This document shows positions 26,400-40,560 of a stretch of DNA of 64,000 bases, piece after piece. Position 1 is the first letter of the stretch. Each line of letters starts with the position of its first letter. The DNA is from Ophelia neglecta (taxonomy: Eukaryota): positions 124,372,001-124,436,000 of the forward strand of contig OZ260661.1 of NCBI GenBank assembly GCA_965285935.1, written 5' to 3'. A model generated the notes under the pieces. It was not told the origin of the DNA. It did not search any database and was given only the letters and a program-made list of their open reading frames with translations. The position numbers and the translations under genes are program-made.

Positions 26400-28160
26400 T
26401 GTACACTATGCACAAGTGTATTTAAAAAAAGTAAAAGCAATGCAATTGCCATACTGCAAGAAATTGCCTGTAAATATTTGAAAATTGTACTTAACAGCTA
26501 GGTTGTGGAACACCCAATCGGAATTCGCATATTGCTGTTGCCAACTACGTAGTTATTTTCACGTCGAGAATCTTTCGTCATAAAGCTTCAATGCAAGAAT
26601 CCAAGGGAATACAATTAGGCGATGTTACACCTAGTATATGCCGCCTTCTGATTGTGATGTTTAAATATTGCATTCTAAATCAAAATAAGATTTGAAACTG
26701 TATCTTTTTAAGCCAATTATATCCGCATTTCTTGTACTGGATTAGAGCATATATATTCACTGGACTATAATATGTATATAATATGTGCTTGAAGCATGTT
26801 TCCATCACGTCAGCAGGTATCTTCGGATCACTGAGTGATAATAACTCGACATTAACCTGGTCATTTACTGGAAGTTACCTATCAGCCACTGAGCAATTAT
26901 CTGATAGGCAAATCCTCTTAAATAAGAGACTAGTAATATCAGCCGACCAAATTTTATTTTATGCATCGAAAAGCATTTCCTGGCATAATAAGGTAAGCCA
27001 TAAAACCAACTTGTACCCATCCACAATTTCAAAACTTAATTTGGTAACGCCACACATACGGCAAATTGTTGGGAGATATCAATTGAATACGACTTTGTAG
27101 CATTTAGCGGCATGCTTACGAAAATATCTAGGCGCCTGTCGTTGATACTGAATTCACCAACAATTCGTGAAGGTAATCATGTGTTGCCAATCGCCCAGCC
27201 AACGTTAGTCGGGAGTATGTATGGGTTTTTTCTTGCTCCTATTGCGAATATCAACCAATGTCTTCCAGTGGCCACATAAAGTGTGTACAAACAATCCAGT
27301 CCAGACACCAGTGATTAACAAGAACTGCGAAACATATTTACGAGTCGGTATAGTGTGGCAATTAAGCTTGGATGCAAGTTAAAATATGCCAGAAAACTCA
27401 AAGCTATCAAAGCTTTCATCCTACCAGTTAGAGGGCTTTGTGTCAACCTAACAGGCAAAGCAACAAAGCGGTCTCCTTTGAACAGGGTTGAAAAGGCCAA
27501 GAAGGAGTGATCTTTCACTTAAGTACAATTCGTGTCATGGATTTTAATAGTACTCCGCGGTACTCCAAACAAGGAGTTCACTTTCCTTGGACAATCATGA
27601 ACAGATGGACTTTCCTCTAGGTTCTCGATCTAACAGCCTTGAACAATTTCAAAGGACAATCAATAAAGAAGAAAAATGGGTAATTCATTACACTTAATTG
27701 GTTTCAAAGAGACCAGCAGATTGGGTGACATTTCACCAGTAGATAACGTTAACCTGGTAACTGAAACTGCAGAGATAGGTATAAGTTTAATTTAGCCAAC
27801 GTATAATTGTTACATAAAGGAATGTAAAACGTATTTCAATTCAGCTCGAGAAGGCAATGCTAGTTCGCTTAGGGAATCAGTACTTAATTTGGGCCAAATT
27901 TCTATCTCCTACACTTTATTCAATTTGGATTTATTAATTGGAGGACATTCATAACGGTCAATATGTTTAAATACTTTGCCCAGACGGATTTGTTTCTTCT
28001 TATTTTTTTCGAATAATCTTATTAGTTCACTTTACATTTTTCTGAAAATATTCAATCCAAAACTGATGCACTATTGTCATCTTTAAAGGTAAAATGATTG
28101 TTGGATGCAGTCGACCCTGGTGTCAGGTTGTTTTTGTGTGGTTTACTCGTTTAACATGGT
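26400..28160 (-). pseudogene. Decayed viral-like ORF, unknown function
   Basis: Minus frames run for hundreds of codons with isolated stops (27300-26520 has about 8 stops in 260 codons). Confidence 0.5.
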
Positions 28161-28499
28161 TTAATTAATGTTCTATTACCTGTAAGAGCAAAATACATAA
28201 CAAAGCGACACCCTCAGCAGCATGCATCTCTCTGGCATCACAGCCTATCTATCTTTTTACTGCAATCCTGGAGGAAAATTCATATATTTGCATTGCCAAA
28301 AACCGGAGTATTTTCGTTTGTTTAGTCAGACGAAGTTATGTTCTGTTGGAACAAGAGGCAATCCATTTGCTTGTAATAATATAATTTGTTACACCTGATT
28401 TAACTTCTACATGACATTTGTTCTGCTTGATGATGTAGGTTGGTAATTAACACAGCTCCGCAACAAATAAACAGGGATAGTGGTTTTGCTAATTAAAGA

Positions 28500-30620
28500 C
28501 TATTGTTATAGAATATAAACAAATACGTTTGGAAATTGTTGATATTAAATGACTTGTTTATATGCAATATAAACAAAGATAGTTAGATTCAAAACTTCGC
28601 TGAAATCTCCTCCTTTTCAAAGTTGTAAATATATCATCATTTTACTATGCTGAATGGCGGTATTACCACATTAAACCAGTAGAGTATTTCGCACCCAATT
28701 ACGTAGTCATTGATCGATTGTCAATAGTAATGCCCAAACCTGTGAGCCCTTTACGAGGGGAGACCATTAGCATTGATAGTGGTTATTATGCTTGCAGTAC
28801 GTAATTACAGCATGCTGTATTCCGTGTTATATTGTTTGTGTGGACGGGCTAGAACGTAAATATGTAGACGTTTAGAATAATAATGATGAGAAGTTAAAAA
28901 AGGCTGCTCCAGGAAGGCAATTAACCCGGCACAGCCGAATTTCATCTTTTGAGTTTTGTGTAGATAAGCGACAGATGAACATTTGTTTCAATGTCAACTT
29001 TTGTGTTTCAGGTTTGCAAGAAAAGTGTACAATTTAGAGGAATAATGTCTTATAAAGGAGCAGGCTATAGCTTTAGTTCAGTCGTTGATTAATACAGTGG
29101 ATACATTTAACTTTAAGTCGCATGTTACATTCACTAAAGTGACCTGTGGCCAGATATAGCCCATTAAACTCATTCCTATGCGGGGGGGAAATCAATTCAT
29201 CACCTCGTTTGCTTTATGTTAGTGGTGATTGCTGGGCAATGTGGCATGCCAGTCGAAAATGTCAGACCCTATTAGTGGGTCATTACAATAATTTCAGTGC
29301 CTTAGTCGGACGGTGGGTGTTTGATTATTTACTGTAGGTTGGGAGTCATTCAACAGGTTTTCGAAGTCATGTTATAAAGACAGCGTCCTTAGACACATCC
29401 GTCTATAACCGCAATGTCTAAGACATCGTCTGAGAACCATGTAAATCTTACCCATGGCCACACGACGAACATTACTGTTCCTAAAGTACAGATGGTGGAT
29501 GGTTCTAGTTCAGACGCGGACAACCCTGACCTTTCATGACTATATACACAGGATGCTTGGATTATAGTGCATTAGATTCTATTTGATATGTTCTCCATTG
29601 TGGAAGCATCTTCAAGCCAAATCTGGTTTAACCAAATATAGGCTTCACACGCACCCAATCGGATTATTAAGATCCCATGTAATAGTAATAGTGTAGGGTA
29701 TATTTTTACGGAACATGTTTCATCCATTTCTGCGACTAGTGCTTTTTGACGCTTTCAACCAGGAATAATATTTGTTCATCTGATATTCCATCATTGCCAT
29801 CGCTGAGTGTGTGAGTTCTTCCCCAGGTTAGTGCCCGTTAAATTGGAATTCATTTGAAACTATAGAAACATGTTTTTCAGTTGCGGGATATTAATTTTTA
29901 TTTCACATTATACATGATCACTGATTAATCGCATGTAAACTCTCTTTTGGGATTGACACAGGGTGTCTATATAGGTAATGATAATCATACTTTATCAAAG
30001 GCAAACATTGTGAATACATAAAATAACGCAAGAGTAGGAAAGACAGTTTGCCATTATAATGGCAATGGTGACTGCAATACAAACACCATGCAATGCTTTT
30101 AAAAAAGAATTATAATTGACCTAAACAAGCAATATGATTTAGATTCCGATCTTATCTTAATTGGACTACCTGTGTTTATCAAGTTTTATTGCGCCATTCA
30201 AACGGTTATTATAAAGCCGACTGTTCGGTATATGAAGTCATTTCTTCATGGGCGATAAGCTGTCATTAAACCTTTTATCACAACGAAACACTCGGTTTTA
30301 ATTAAACATACATACGCTTGTTGACCTAGCTATGAACGAACATCAGTCAAGTGCGTTTTCATTGTCACGGAAACTTGTAGCCTGGGGTAAGGTAGTCCCG
30401 CTTATATTGTTACCTTTAATCTATTATAGGCTTCCTGCGGTGAGGGTCATGCTAGTGTTACATTGTCCAAATTATCTTATTACACCCGTTCTGAAAGGAG
30501 CCAAAATTGGAACACTAGCCTTGTGGGTTGACATTGTGTGTGGTGTTGTGTACTGGGTTTAACCTTCAACATATTACTTTGGATATGGCGTGTACTAGCG
30601 GGCAATTTTCATTGCTTCCC
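28500..30620 (+). pseudogene. Probable Cys-rich type I membrane (envelope) glycoprotein pseudogene
   Basis: Long Cys/aromatic-rich + frames with several NxS/T, ending in a hydrophobic stretch at about 30520-30610. Confidence 0.35.
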
Positions 30621-30904
30621 ATTTGAAATTAATCACATCCTGTGGAAAATAAATAGTCAACGCTGGTGTGATTTAGGCAAGGGCGACAAACGTTTTAACC
30701 ATTGTCCCAGATAAAATAAATTAAAACAGTGTGTTTTGAATCAGATTGTTGATCAAATCCTTTAAACTATAATTGAAAGTATGACACTTAGTTTGAGGTG
30801 ATTGATACGATTATTTGATTACCTACTTGATTCCCTGTTAGGGCAGGCCGTACGTTAACTATGATGTAGATGACCTAATGATAGGTGTTTTACTGTCATA
30901 CATA

Positions 30905-32116
30905 GTGCATTTACCATTCGGCGGCCTCCGCTTAGCGGAGGCGGAGGTTATAAACTTGCGATAGTACGGTATATCAAAATACAACTTCCCATACACGCAT
31001 TATGATTCTTGCAGTCGATCCTCTCGATAACTCGCACTTCCCACAATGCACCAGGCGTAGGCTATGCATGGCAACGGTGAAAAAAACAGTGTTGGCAGTG
31101 CAGTGCTTATGTGTGAAGCTACTTGTTCCCTCGTATTTACGGACTCTCTTATTTAATTATCATCGTGTATGTAGAGGCCATCTCTGACTGACTTATCGCG
31201 TTTAGAAATTGAGAAGCAATCCCTTAATGCCGGGAGATTCAAGTGTACAGAATGTCAAACATACGTAAATATAGCACCTCCGTAAAAAAAACTAGCCACC
31301 CAACACTCTAGCGTACTTTATATAACTTCTTGCACACTGGCAAAGCAACAGTAACGGCTTGTGACGTCACCGGCTGCGTAAAACTACCAGGCCAGTTGAA
31401 GTCGGCATGTCTTTGATCTTTTTGGTGAGCAGTTCTACCGACACGTGCGCTTTGGAGGCGGGATGAGGAAAATTCATCAGTTTTTAGTGTGTAAATTTAC
31501 TGCAGCTCAAATTAATATCAGTTATTGTCTTTTAGTTCTATGCAGAAATGACAGAAAATCATATATTTTAATGAAACAATTTTTCGCCCTATGTAGAGAT
31601 AGTGGCGGGGAATCATCAGTTTTTCAATGGAATGTATATTACTCATACTTACATTATATACGATGACATGATTTTAATCGATGTGATTTGGAGCTGACGA
31701 CATGGCGGCACAGGGATATCAGGTTTCACCTAGCGATCTTTAACACTATATTATCTGAATGCAGCATAACTAGGCGGTGTGAAATAGCGAAGGGGAATAT
31801 TTCTTTCATATGGTATAGTAAATGAGTAAAATTGTTTATGCTAGGAACTGTCAAGACTATATTTGATGACTTCCTAAGATAAAAATGGTCTGTTTTTAAT
31901 GATGCACTTGACACATCACAAATTTATTGAAAAGAAAACAAAAGTGTTACAGCTCGTAAACTGCTTGTTTTCGCCGTTGCCATGCAGTGCATTGTGGGAA
32001 GTGCGGAAGAATCATACTGTGTGTATAGGTGATGATTTTGTATTTGAAATACCATACTTTCGCAAGTTTTTAACCTCCGCCTCCGCTAAGCGGAGGCCGC
32101 TGATTGGTAAAAGCCC
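30905..32116. mobile_element. 1.2-kb non-autonomous TIR DNA transposon inserted in the viral block
   Basis: About 70-bp TIR containing ggcctccgcttagcggaggcggaggtta / taacctccgcctccgctaagcggaggcc; atacata repeated on both flanks. Confidence 0.88.
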
Positions 32117-34499
32117 ATACATAGCGAGTAGACGTTAGGCCAATGTGTTAACCTGCGGCCAGTGATGCCTATTATACAGGCTACTCACGTTGTACATTGT
32201 CAACATGTGCCAACCCCTCAAACACCCATATCCCTTGCCTCCGGGCAAATAGTTTAGAACAAGATAAGAAACCTTTTTGTTCAGGTGATACAGTGGTCTA
32301 TGCCGAGTCATTTGACTTTGAGATTAAAAATGTCCAAACTGTTTTGTTTTGAGCAACACAACTGCTTGTGGTGTTTGAATGCCAAAATATAACTTGCGTG
32401 GCACGCCGCGCTAAGTATTGGAACTTGCTGGAAAAAGAAAACCTTGTATTCCTTTAGAAAAAAGTTATTCCGATCCCCATACTAATTTTCTTTTTATCAA
32501 TGTTCCACGCTAGCCCACTAGACCACTAATTAACCGATAGATCAGGTCGTTAGCATAGGTTTAATCCTCATCCAAATAATGCCCAATTCTTTAGGAGAAA
32601 GGTCCTCTCAATTAAATGTATAAATCAAATATTACTCTTGTGATAAATTCTTTGAATTATAGCGCTGTGGACATGTGGTTTGTACCTTTAAGTCAAGTCA
32701 TTTGCGCTTGAAGTTTTCCTCGCCTTGTCAGTCAAAGTGGCAGGACGAGTCGTGTTGTTACTGTGATCTCTGATACCGCAGAACCTGGGACTGTGCACCT
32801 CCCTTCTCGAATAGTGCTACTGATCTCTGGTGTTTATCAAATGCCATGCTTCCCAGAAGATATTTCCTGAACCACCATTTGAGCAATGGAATGCTCCATA
32901 CTACCCGGCAGTGAGCGGTGAAGGTCGGTGTTTCTAAAACCTGGGCGAGTGCCCTTATAGAACGCCCGGTTTGAGAACAGAAAAGTAGTGATAAAAATAC
33001 ACTGCCAAAACCTGAAGCTTTAATTCTCCTTTCTGGTATATTTAGTTACACCATTCGCATAACTGCATGTAAAGTTGGTTTTCGACATATATCCTGAAAT
33101 CAAGGTATAGAGATACACCAGAAACGGATGTACTCGGAAATACTTGTAAGAGCGACCAAAGATACTAAAGACAAAAGAGATAGTTCTGGATATTGTTCTG
33201 GATATTGTTCCATTGAAGGTAAATTACAAATATCAATTTTATAATTTTATATGGATGAATTCTCCTCATCCTTTTATACCTGTTTTTATTCTTGCCTTTT
33301 TAGCGAATTCAGTATTCAGCTAGTTTTCCAGCAAATTACTATACCCATAGAACCGTAGTTGTGACAGCGACCATTTAGCATATACTTTTTCAACTTTTTT
33401 TCAATCCTCAATAATAAAATTTACAAGGAGCTGTCAATGAGCATTTAATTTGTAACGTTGCATCAATTATCGGTGGAATTAGCTTACGGGATTCACTGAT
33501 GAATGAACGCACACGCCATTCGCATTTTTAAAGCCATTAGGACACAAAATAGATCATATGCACATATGAATGAGTGTTGATTGTTTTTGTTGGGATAAGA
33601 TTAAAGTAAGAGAAATACCGATTATAGCTGACATCAAGGATAAACACTTTGGTAATAGTATTAGTACTAAAATTGTACAATATTTTCATAGAAAAAATGA
33701 AAATGTATGTGCTAATCAAGGTGCATTTTACTTCCTCGGCATTCGCATAACCTTCTAGGACCCACATTTAGCGCTTTACAATTGTACGATTTCCATGGCC
33801 ATATAACATTGATAATGCACTAAACTCCATTCAAGCGCCCTAATTTTCCAGGCTTTACCAACCTTCCCTTGCTAGATAGTAAATGTAAAATAGTAGTTTA
33901 GACTATGGCAAATTACTTGTTCAGCGTACAACCTTTTTTACCAGGCAAAATACTTGAAGCAAGAACCAAACTACATTATGCCACCAAAGTATTTATCATT
34001 CTAAGGGTAGTGTTATATCGGATGAATGGACCATGCTCTATTTATGATGTTGTTTTGTCTGTAGGGTATCCACACTCGCCTTTTACTATATTATAGTGAT
34101 GAGAGGATGACACATTGTGTTGTGAAGTTTTTATCTTTTATTCGAATTATCATGGCCTGTTAGAATAAATATGGATGTAAGTAATTCTTCCAGCAAAGGT
34201 GACCTTTGGGATGTTGACCTGTGGTCAATAACTCGATGTTTAATGTTTCACTCAGTATGTTAAATACCAGTATGGCACCAAACAATATTGTCAACGTGCT
34301 TTTGTAATAGGTTAAAAAGGCATATAATACACGATATTTCGCTTACATTAATGACGCCCGATACGTTAGAAAATGCCAAAACAATCTCCAATCATGCTCT
34401 GCAAAGGAATATTACTATCATTTTTTGGATTTCTCATGTTATTAAGAAATCAGTGCTGACTGAAACCGCTATGTGAATTGCAATTTCTAGTCATTACCC

Positions 34500-35480
34500 T
34501 AAGTTCAGTTAACAAATGGCGAAAGATGCAACTCTAGTAACACAAGCTGCTTGTAGACCTCTCATTAGTTTCGTGTATTCAGTGTCTGCTACATCGTTCT
34601 TATCCATTTGCACTAGTTCACAAGTGAAATGTAAACTACTGTAATACGTCAAGGTTGTTTAAGAACACACCAAGGATGGGTAATTGGTCTGCTCTGGAAG
34701 TCCAAGAAGCAGTGTCTTAAGTGATACGGATGTACATTGTTATTTGTAACCAAATGTTGTAAGAAACCATTTTTTTTCCGCAAATGTATCCCTCCTTAAC
34801 TGATGGTCTATGGTTTTAAGGATATCTGGAATAACTTCATATTGTTCTAGGAATTCTGAGAAATCAATTTTACTGCCAATTCAACTATAATCAGCATTGC
34901 ACAAAAGGGATTTTCGTAGTAGGCTTTTTAAAAGGTGAGACTACTATATTAAAAAATCTTGCATATGTTGGTTAGAAAAGCTAAAATGTTTGTGGACAAG
35001 AGGTGAGCAAATGTCATTTAAGAAGTTGTTGACAAATGAATGGACTTTAATTCACACTATGGTTTTTACGGAAGCAATTATTACATTGCTGCCAACTATT
35101 TGAGAGTTAACACTGAATGTATCTCTTGCTAAACTCCTTGCTCATCAAGTAAAAAGACAATACTGTAGTGGAATGTAAGGCACTAGTAATGTCACATGAA
35201 CTCTGGCTATGCCTACGTCCTTGTTTAGTTTCTAGGAATAATCTCCACCTTATGAAATAACTTTGAGGTATAAAACTAGGTCCACTGACAGATGGTTCTG
35301 TCTATGATATTTCCGGGACCAATTTTACAAGAATAACAGGGACGCTAGTTCGAAAATCTCGTTTTTGCTTGAGTTGGGTTATCAGTTTAATATCATACTA
35401 TTTTTTTGCGTAATTATAGGATTCCCCGAAAGACCTCGCCGGAACCGTCAGCTCCAAGCCGCCAGATCTAACCTAGTTTC
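34500..35480 (-). pseudogene. Ser/Thr protein kinase pseudogene
   Basis: Gly-loop RLGADGSGEVFRG (35424-35460), YDIKLI (VAIK-like), GNII, VHKHFSFSN (HxDxxxxN-like, ~34985), ADYS (DFG-like, ~34890), in canonical order. Confidence 0.6.
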
Positions 35481-38400
35481 TTAATTGTATGTTTGCTTAT
35501 AACTAAATAAGAAGGAATAAAAATAAAATTGATATCGCTTGCAATCCAGCAGAATGGGAATTAGTTTCTCAGTGATCATATCATATTTATTGATCAAGCA
35601 TCCGACGAACAACACTCAAGTAGTAATAAAATTGAATGTCTTGCTTTTTCGACATAAAGCTCAACCGATAGATTGAGAAGGACATATAACGGATTGTAGT
35701 TTAACTGACTTACTTATGTTTCAGATGTATTTTATTATAGGCCCCTACCATTTGTGGTACTTACATGCAATTTATGTTTGAATAGATCACGGTCAGTTAC
35801 AACGTTTCTTTCTTATTACACTCATTGAAAGCAATTTGCTCCTTTGCTTTCAAATCGTAGAGATTTGGTAGAAAATGTAATTTAGCAACTAGGAACATGC
35901 AGGGAAACAGAACATGGGGATTAAACTTATATCTGTCTGATTTGCTCCCGAACGTTCACCTGCACGCCCCAATACATCATCCGTTAACCCAAAGCCAAAG
36001 GAGAACATTACGTGCGTACTTTTAGTTTCGATTCTTGTATTGTCATAAAATATGTCATAGTTATCATTTTATTCGATCTTTTATGGCTTTACCCTTAAAT
36101 AATGCGAAATCACATTTCATGTGAGTGTTCACTGCAATTATGGGACCTCACGCTCAATCACGTGGATAGTATTCATGGGCATTAATACAATTGCTAATCA
36201 GCTCCAAACAACCACGCTTGAGAGTGGTTAGTGAAGAGTAGTAATAGGATATTAACAGCGGCAAATTGTAATAATAGATGGGTGTGACAATATGGCACCG
36301 AGGTGTTTGAATTACTTTTCCCGCGTCGGCCTTTCTCCTGGCTAAGGCTTTTAGATACGTATGAGCATGTTTTCAGTTATTGAAAATCGGTGCCTAAAAG
36401 AGACGTAATTCAATTAACATTACCGGGGGGGGGGGGGGGGGGGGCTAAGAAGAATATATCCTATTTGCCATTTATCCATGTTCTTTCCTTATGTGTTTCC
36501 TTGTATGAACTTAATTGTAATAAATTTCGCTTATTTCATTAGCCAAAGCATCGCACTTATACGAATAATAAATGTATCCCTTGTTCTTCAATTCAAAAGT
36601 TGGCCAGCATCACAGTTTTCGTGCATAATGAGTAATAGAAGCACAATTCACTAATATTTAATACTAAACAAAAAACCGCCCGACTAGATGATACACGACC
36701 AATAGTCTCCCGGGGTTCCATTTGACAATCAGGGCATCTTAACTTCTGCTGCAGTTCTTTTCCCAGTTTTCTCTTGGACAATGGCCATTGAGCACCGCTC
36801 TTCTAAGCTCCATTATATGATGCTCTCAAAGAGACTGCATTGTAAACACAATTGTAAAATTGAAATCAATGTTAGACAAAGGGTTTTAAATTATTTGGTT
36901 CGGTGGAATGAATAAGTCGTGCGCCGTTGCTCAAAGTGCTGACATGCTGCTTCCTATTATCGGGTTTTAATCCGCTGATTTATTAAATTGATATTCTTTG
37001 TTTTACTGTAAAACATACAATGCACCTGACATGTATATGACGCTTTATTTCAAAGATACCCATCATAGTAAAAAGTTCATGTTTCATATTTTGTTCAGAT
37101 GGTCAATTGTTAACTAAATAATTATATTTCCTGTTATAATGTTTGGCCAATGATAACTCAACTTCCGTGTTTCCTTTACAAAAAAACAATTGGATTGGTT
37201 TTTCTCGTATTCATTACTTTGCCACTTGATGTGTGTGCTAAGTGCGCTTCGGACTGGGATTACAATATATAGGTTGAAAACCTGAAAGCTTAATTTGCTC
37301 AGGATTTCATTTATTGTAGGACTCACATCCGAATTGATTCTGTACTTTGATTCTCTCTCAACAGGAAGTATCTACAGTTTACACAAGCTGGTTGAAGCCA
37401 AACGTGTATTAAAAACATTCATTCGGGAGGTGACTTTGGTGATAAAAACAGAGCTAATGAGTCCCATTTGAATAATTCTCGGGAGAAAACATTTTCATCA
37501 CCTCGTTACAAGCCTATAAATTGGTAATTTCACACCATATCAGTGCGGCATGGCAGAAAGTTCAATACTGAATTAAAAACTTTGTTTGATTGTGCACGTT
37601 GAGGGGCATTCATCAGATCATGGGAACATTTTCATGATTACGGGATTTTAGACATGGCCAATCTATTGCGCAGAGTATATGATCGTGTATTTTGGGCACG
37701 TCAGAATGTTCGTCTGCTGGTTTTGGCATATCATTGCTGATATTACGATGACGGCATGATGGACCACCTCTATGTTTACTTGTGTTTATGCAGAATTCAA
37801 TCCGCTATGTTCTCAACTATTTTTAAGCAAATTAACATAATCATATGCTTTTTAAGGCTCTTACGATATTACTCAAACCATGGATCCTAGCTAAGAATCA
37901 TCCATGCTTAAACAGAACAGTTCCCAAATTCTCGTTTATCAGTGATTCCAGCATAACATGCCGTGCTGCAATGCAATTTCTTAAACTGTCAGTTATTATA
38001 TACGCACAAACACATGAGCTGTTGGATGTATACAAACTTCACTATATTTGTGAACGAGATGCATTTGTACTCCTTACCTTGGAAACAGAGCTTTAGTATA
38101 CGCCTTGATAACAGCAATCTGTCCTAGACACTCATTGACCGCCAAATACATGGAAATCCGGACCTAAATTAAAAGAATGTGGGAATATTCGATTGTTTCC
38201 CTATTAGATGCTTCAGATATCCAAGTCTGACCTATGTAATTATGAAGCCATGTGGTTAATTTAGAATGGAACCTTGGAGAAAAAAATGGGGATGAATAAC
38301 CGGCAGACAAGAAGTAGATTGTTCTATGTATTTGTTTTTACTGGCCAAGAAAACATAACTGGTGGCAGTATGGTGATTTTAGCTAGGCTGCAGTGACCTG

Positions 38401-39479
38401 CTATTAGATCCGAAAGCCATCTTATTATGAAAATATGTTTGATATAAGCAGTTGGGTGGGCCAACCGGTTGCCGCATTGAGAATTACCTACAGCCCATAT
38501 GGCACCCAGCCGCAGGTTCACATGTGTTTGGGCTCTTCGGGCAGACAGCTGTACAGGAGGAACCTGTTCTGCTCCGCAATAAACAGTACAAGGGAAAGGC
38601 AAGCCAAAACCTTTTAGATATTAAACTTTTATGTCATCCCTTTTAGGTCGCTGAAGGTAGAGGCAGCATATTAAATGTATATCAGTTTCCAGGTTTTGAC
38701 ATTCAGGCAATTAGCTTTTATATATCTCTATGTAAAATATAATGTAAATTGATGCGAGTCAGATGGTCCAAAAAAGTTTGAAATAACTTTATATATAATT
38801 AAGCGTGTAGAGCATACATGCATATAGCACTGGTGAGCCAACTACATTTGGCATAAATCAATGATTCGCAACCTATTAAGCAAAAATTGTCATTCCCAAG
38901 TGGCAGTTTTTTTTTTATCTAATTAGAGGCTGACTTATGTTAGTTAACTATGCATTCAGTTTTTTCCTGGCTTTCTGTATTGAATACTGATGTGCTGCGA
39001 GCCCCATTCCTTGTGTTTCGTAAGCTCTGATGATGAATTGCTGGAAATTAGTATCTGAAGAAATGGTTTATATACTTTTCCGAGTTTCTTCTCTTCGCAA
39101 GAACTATTGCATTTAAACAGTGTAATGCAGAACCGCGCGCTGTGGCCATGCAAACCATTGATTGGGCAAATACCGCGTTTCTACATATACATATCGATCA
39201 CTACACCCCTTAATGCTATAAACGTTATGGCATTGAAGCAAGTTTCAGTATGGAGTCTACTCGTTTCTTAACCAAAGCCTTGTTGTAATCAGGCGATTGG
39301 TTGTGGGTCCGCTTGATTTCGCCATGTTAAACCTCATCTTATACGAGGTGATATATATTATATAGGGGTAATCTAAACTTACATGCTCCTTATACAATAC
39401 AACGCCTCTTGGCATTCACTGCGGTGCATGTGGTCACTTTCATTAAAAGGATACAGCAAATGGTTAAAAAGCTAAAACC

Positions 39480-40560
39480 AACAAAAGGCTTGCGTATTGG
39501 ATTATCGTGGTGTATATACTCGTATACAATGTGTCCGTATTCGGAACGACCAGCTTAATCACATCGGCTCGAGGACCGCAGCATAAGGCAAGTAAAACAC
39601 ATTCTCCGGTCATCTTATACGCATCAGTTTGCATAAGCATATGTTATATGCTATTCACTTTGATATATCCTTATATAAAGCTACTTCCCTAGGGGCCAAT
39701 TTTTTCCTGTTGAATTTGATAACTTCTAGTTTGGCAACACCTACTCGAATACAACGTCTGTCTATATCAGCTGTCAGTTGTATGGTACCTTGTTTTATAA
39801 ATAGAACCAAGAAATATTTACAAACAAGTATTCGTCTGTATGCCTCTAATTCATTGGCACGCCAGTTCTGTAATGTCAATAAAATGATGACAGACATTCA
39901 ATGAATAACTCCTCAACGGTTCAACGTTGGACAACGCGTTTATTTGCAAACATTCGGAAACATAAGGTGTTCGCCGTTGATTTTAACACCTAAGGTAGGG
40001 TACTACATACACTCCAGAAAGCGCAAGTCGCCTGACATTTCAAGTGATAAGAAATCTTAAATGCCACTTGTGAATCGTGAAAACAACAACATCAATATAT
40101 CTTTGCGAGAGAACACCTATAGAATACACTCAAATATTCTCTTGCTATGTACCGAGCTTAGATCGATCTTTATGATGGTGCTACATTTCCAAAGCGCCTA
40201 ATCTTTAGATATGCTGTGAAATAAATAACACATCACATACTAATTGCGTAACTTAAATCCGCTTGTTCATTTATACTGAACTGGTTCCGACCTAGACAAA
40301 TAAAAGATACCTATATGTGCGTTTTGTACGCATTCTGTCCATGATTCTGATTCTACTCTAATTCCTGGCTACACCTCAACAGAACTAGTGTCTATTTAAC
40401 ATGGTTTGTATACTCATTCTCGCTATGCTCATTGAAAATATGATCCTCTTGACATGGTATATGGGTAGTTGGGTCTACTATACAAAATCTGACTTAACTG
40501 GGATAATCACATATAGAAGATGTTGATTTACACTAATCAATCCAAAAGACACTAGACATG
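39480..40560 (+). pseudogene. Decayed viral-like ORF, unknown function
   Basis: The frame of ORF 39629-39904 extends both ways with sparse stops. Confidence 0.4.

Noticed and set aside
32580-32740. RING-like CGHVVC
   Set aside because: The other Zn ligands are not convincingly present.
36425-36445. Long poly-G/C tracts (also ~3558, ~5249, ~21172, ~54458)
   Set aside because: They occur in both host and viral parts; likely slippage or MITE remnants with no specific role supported.
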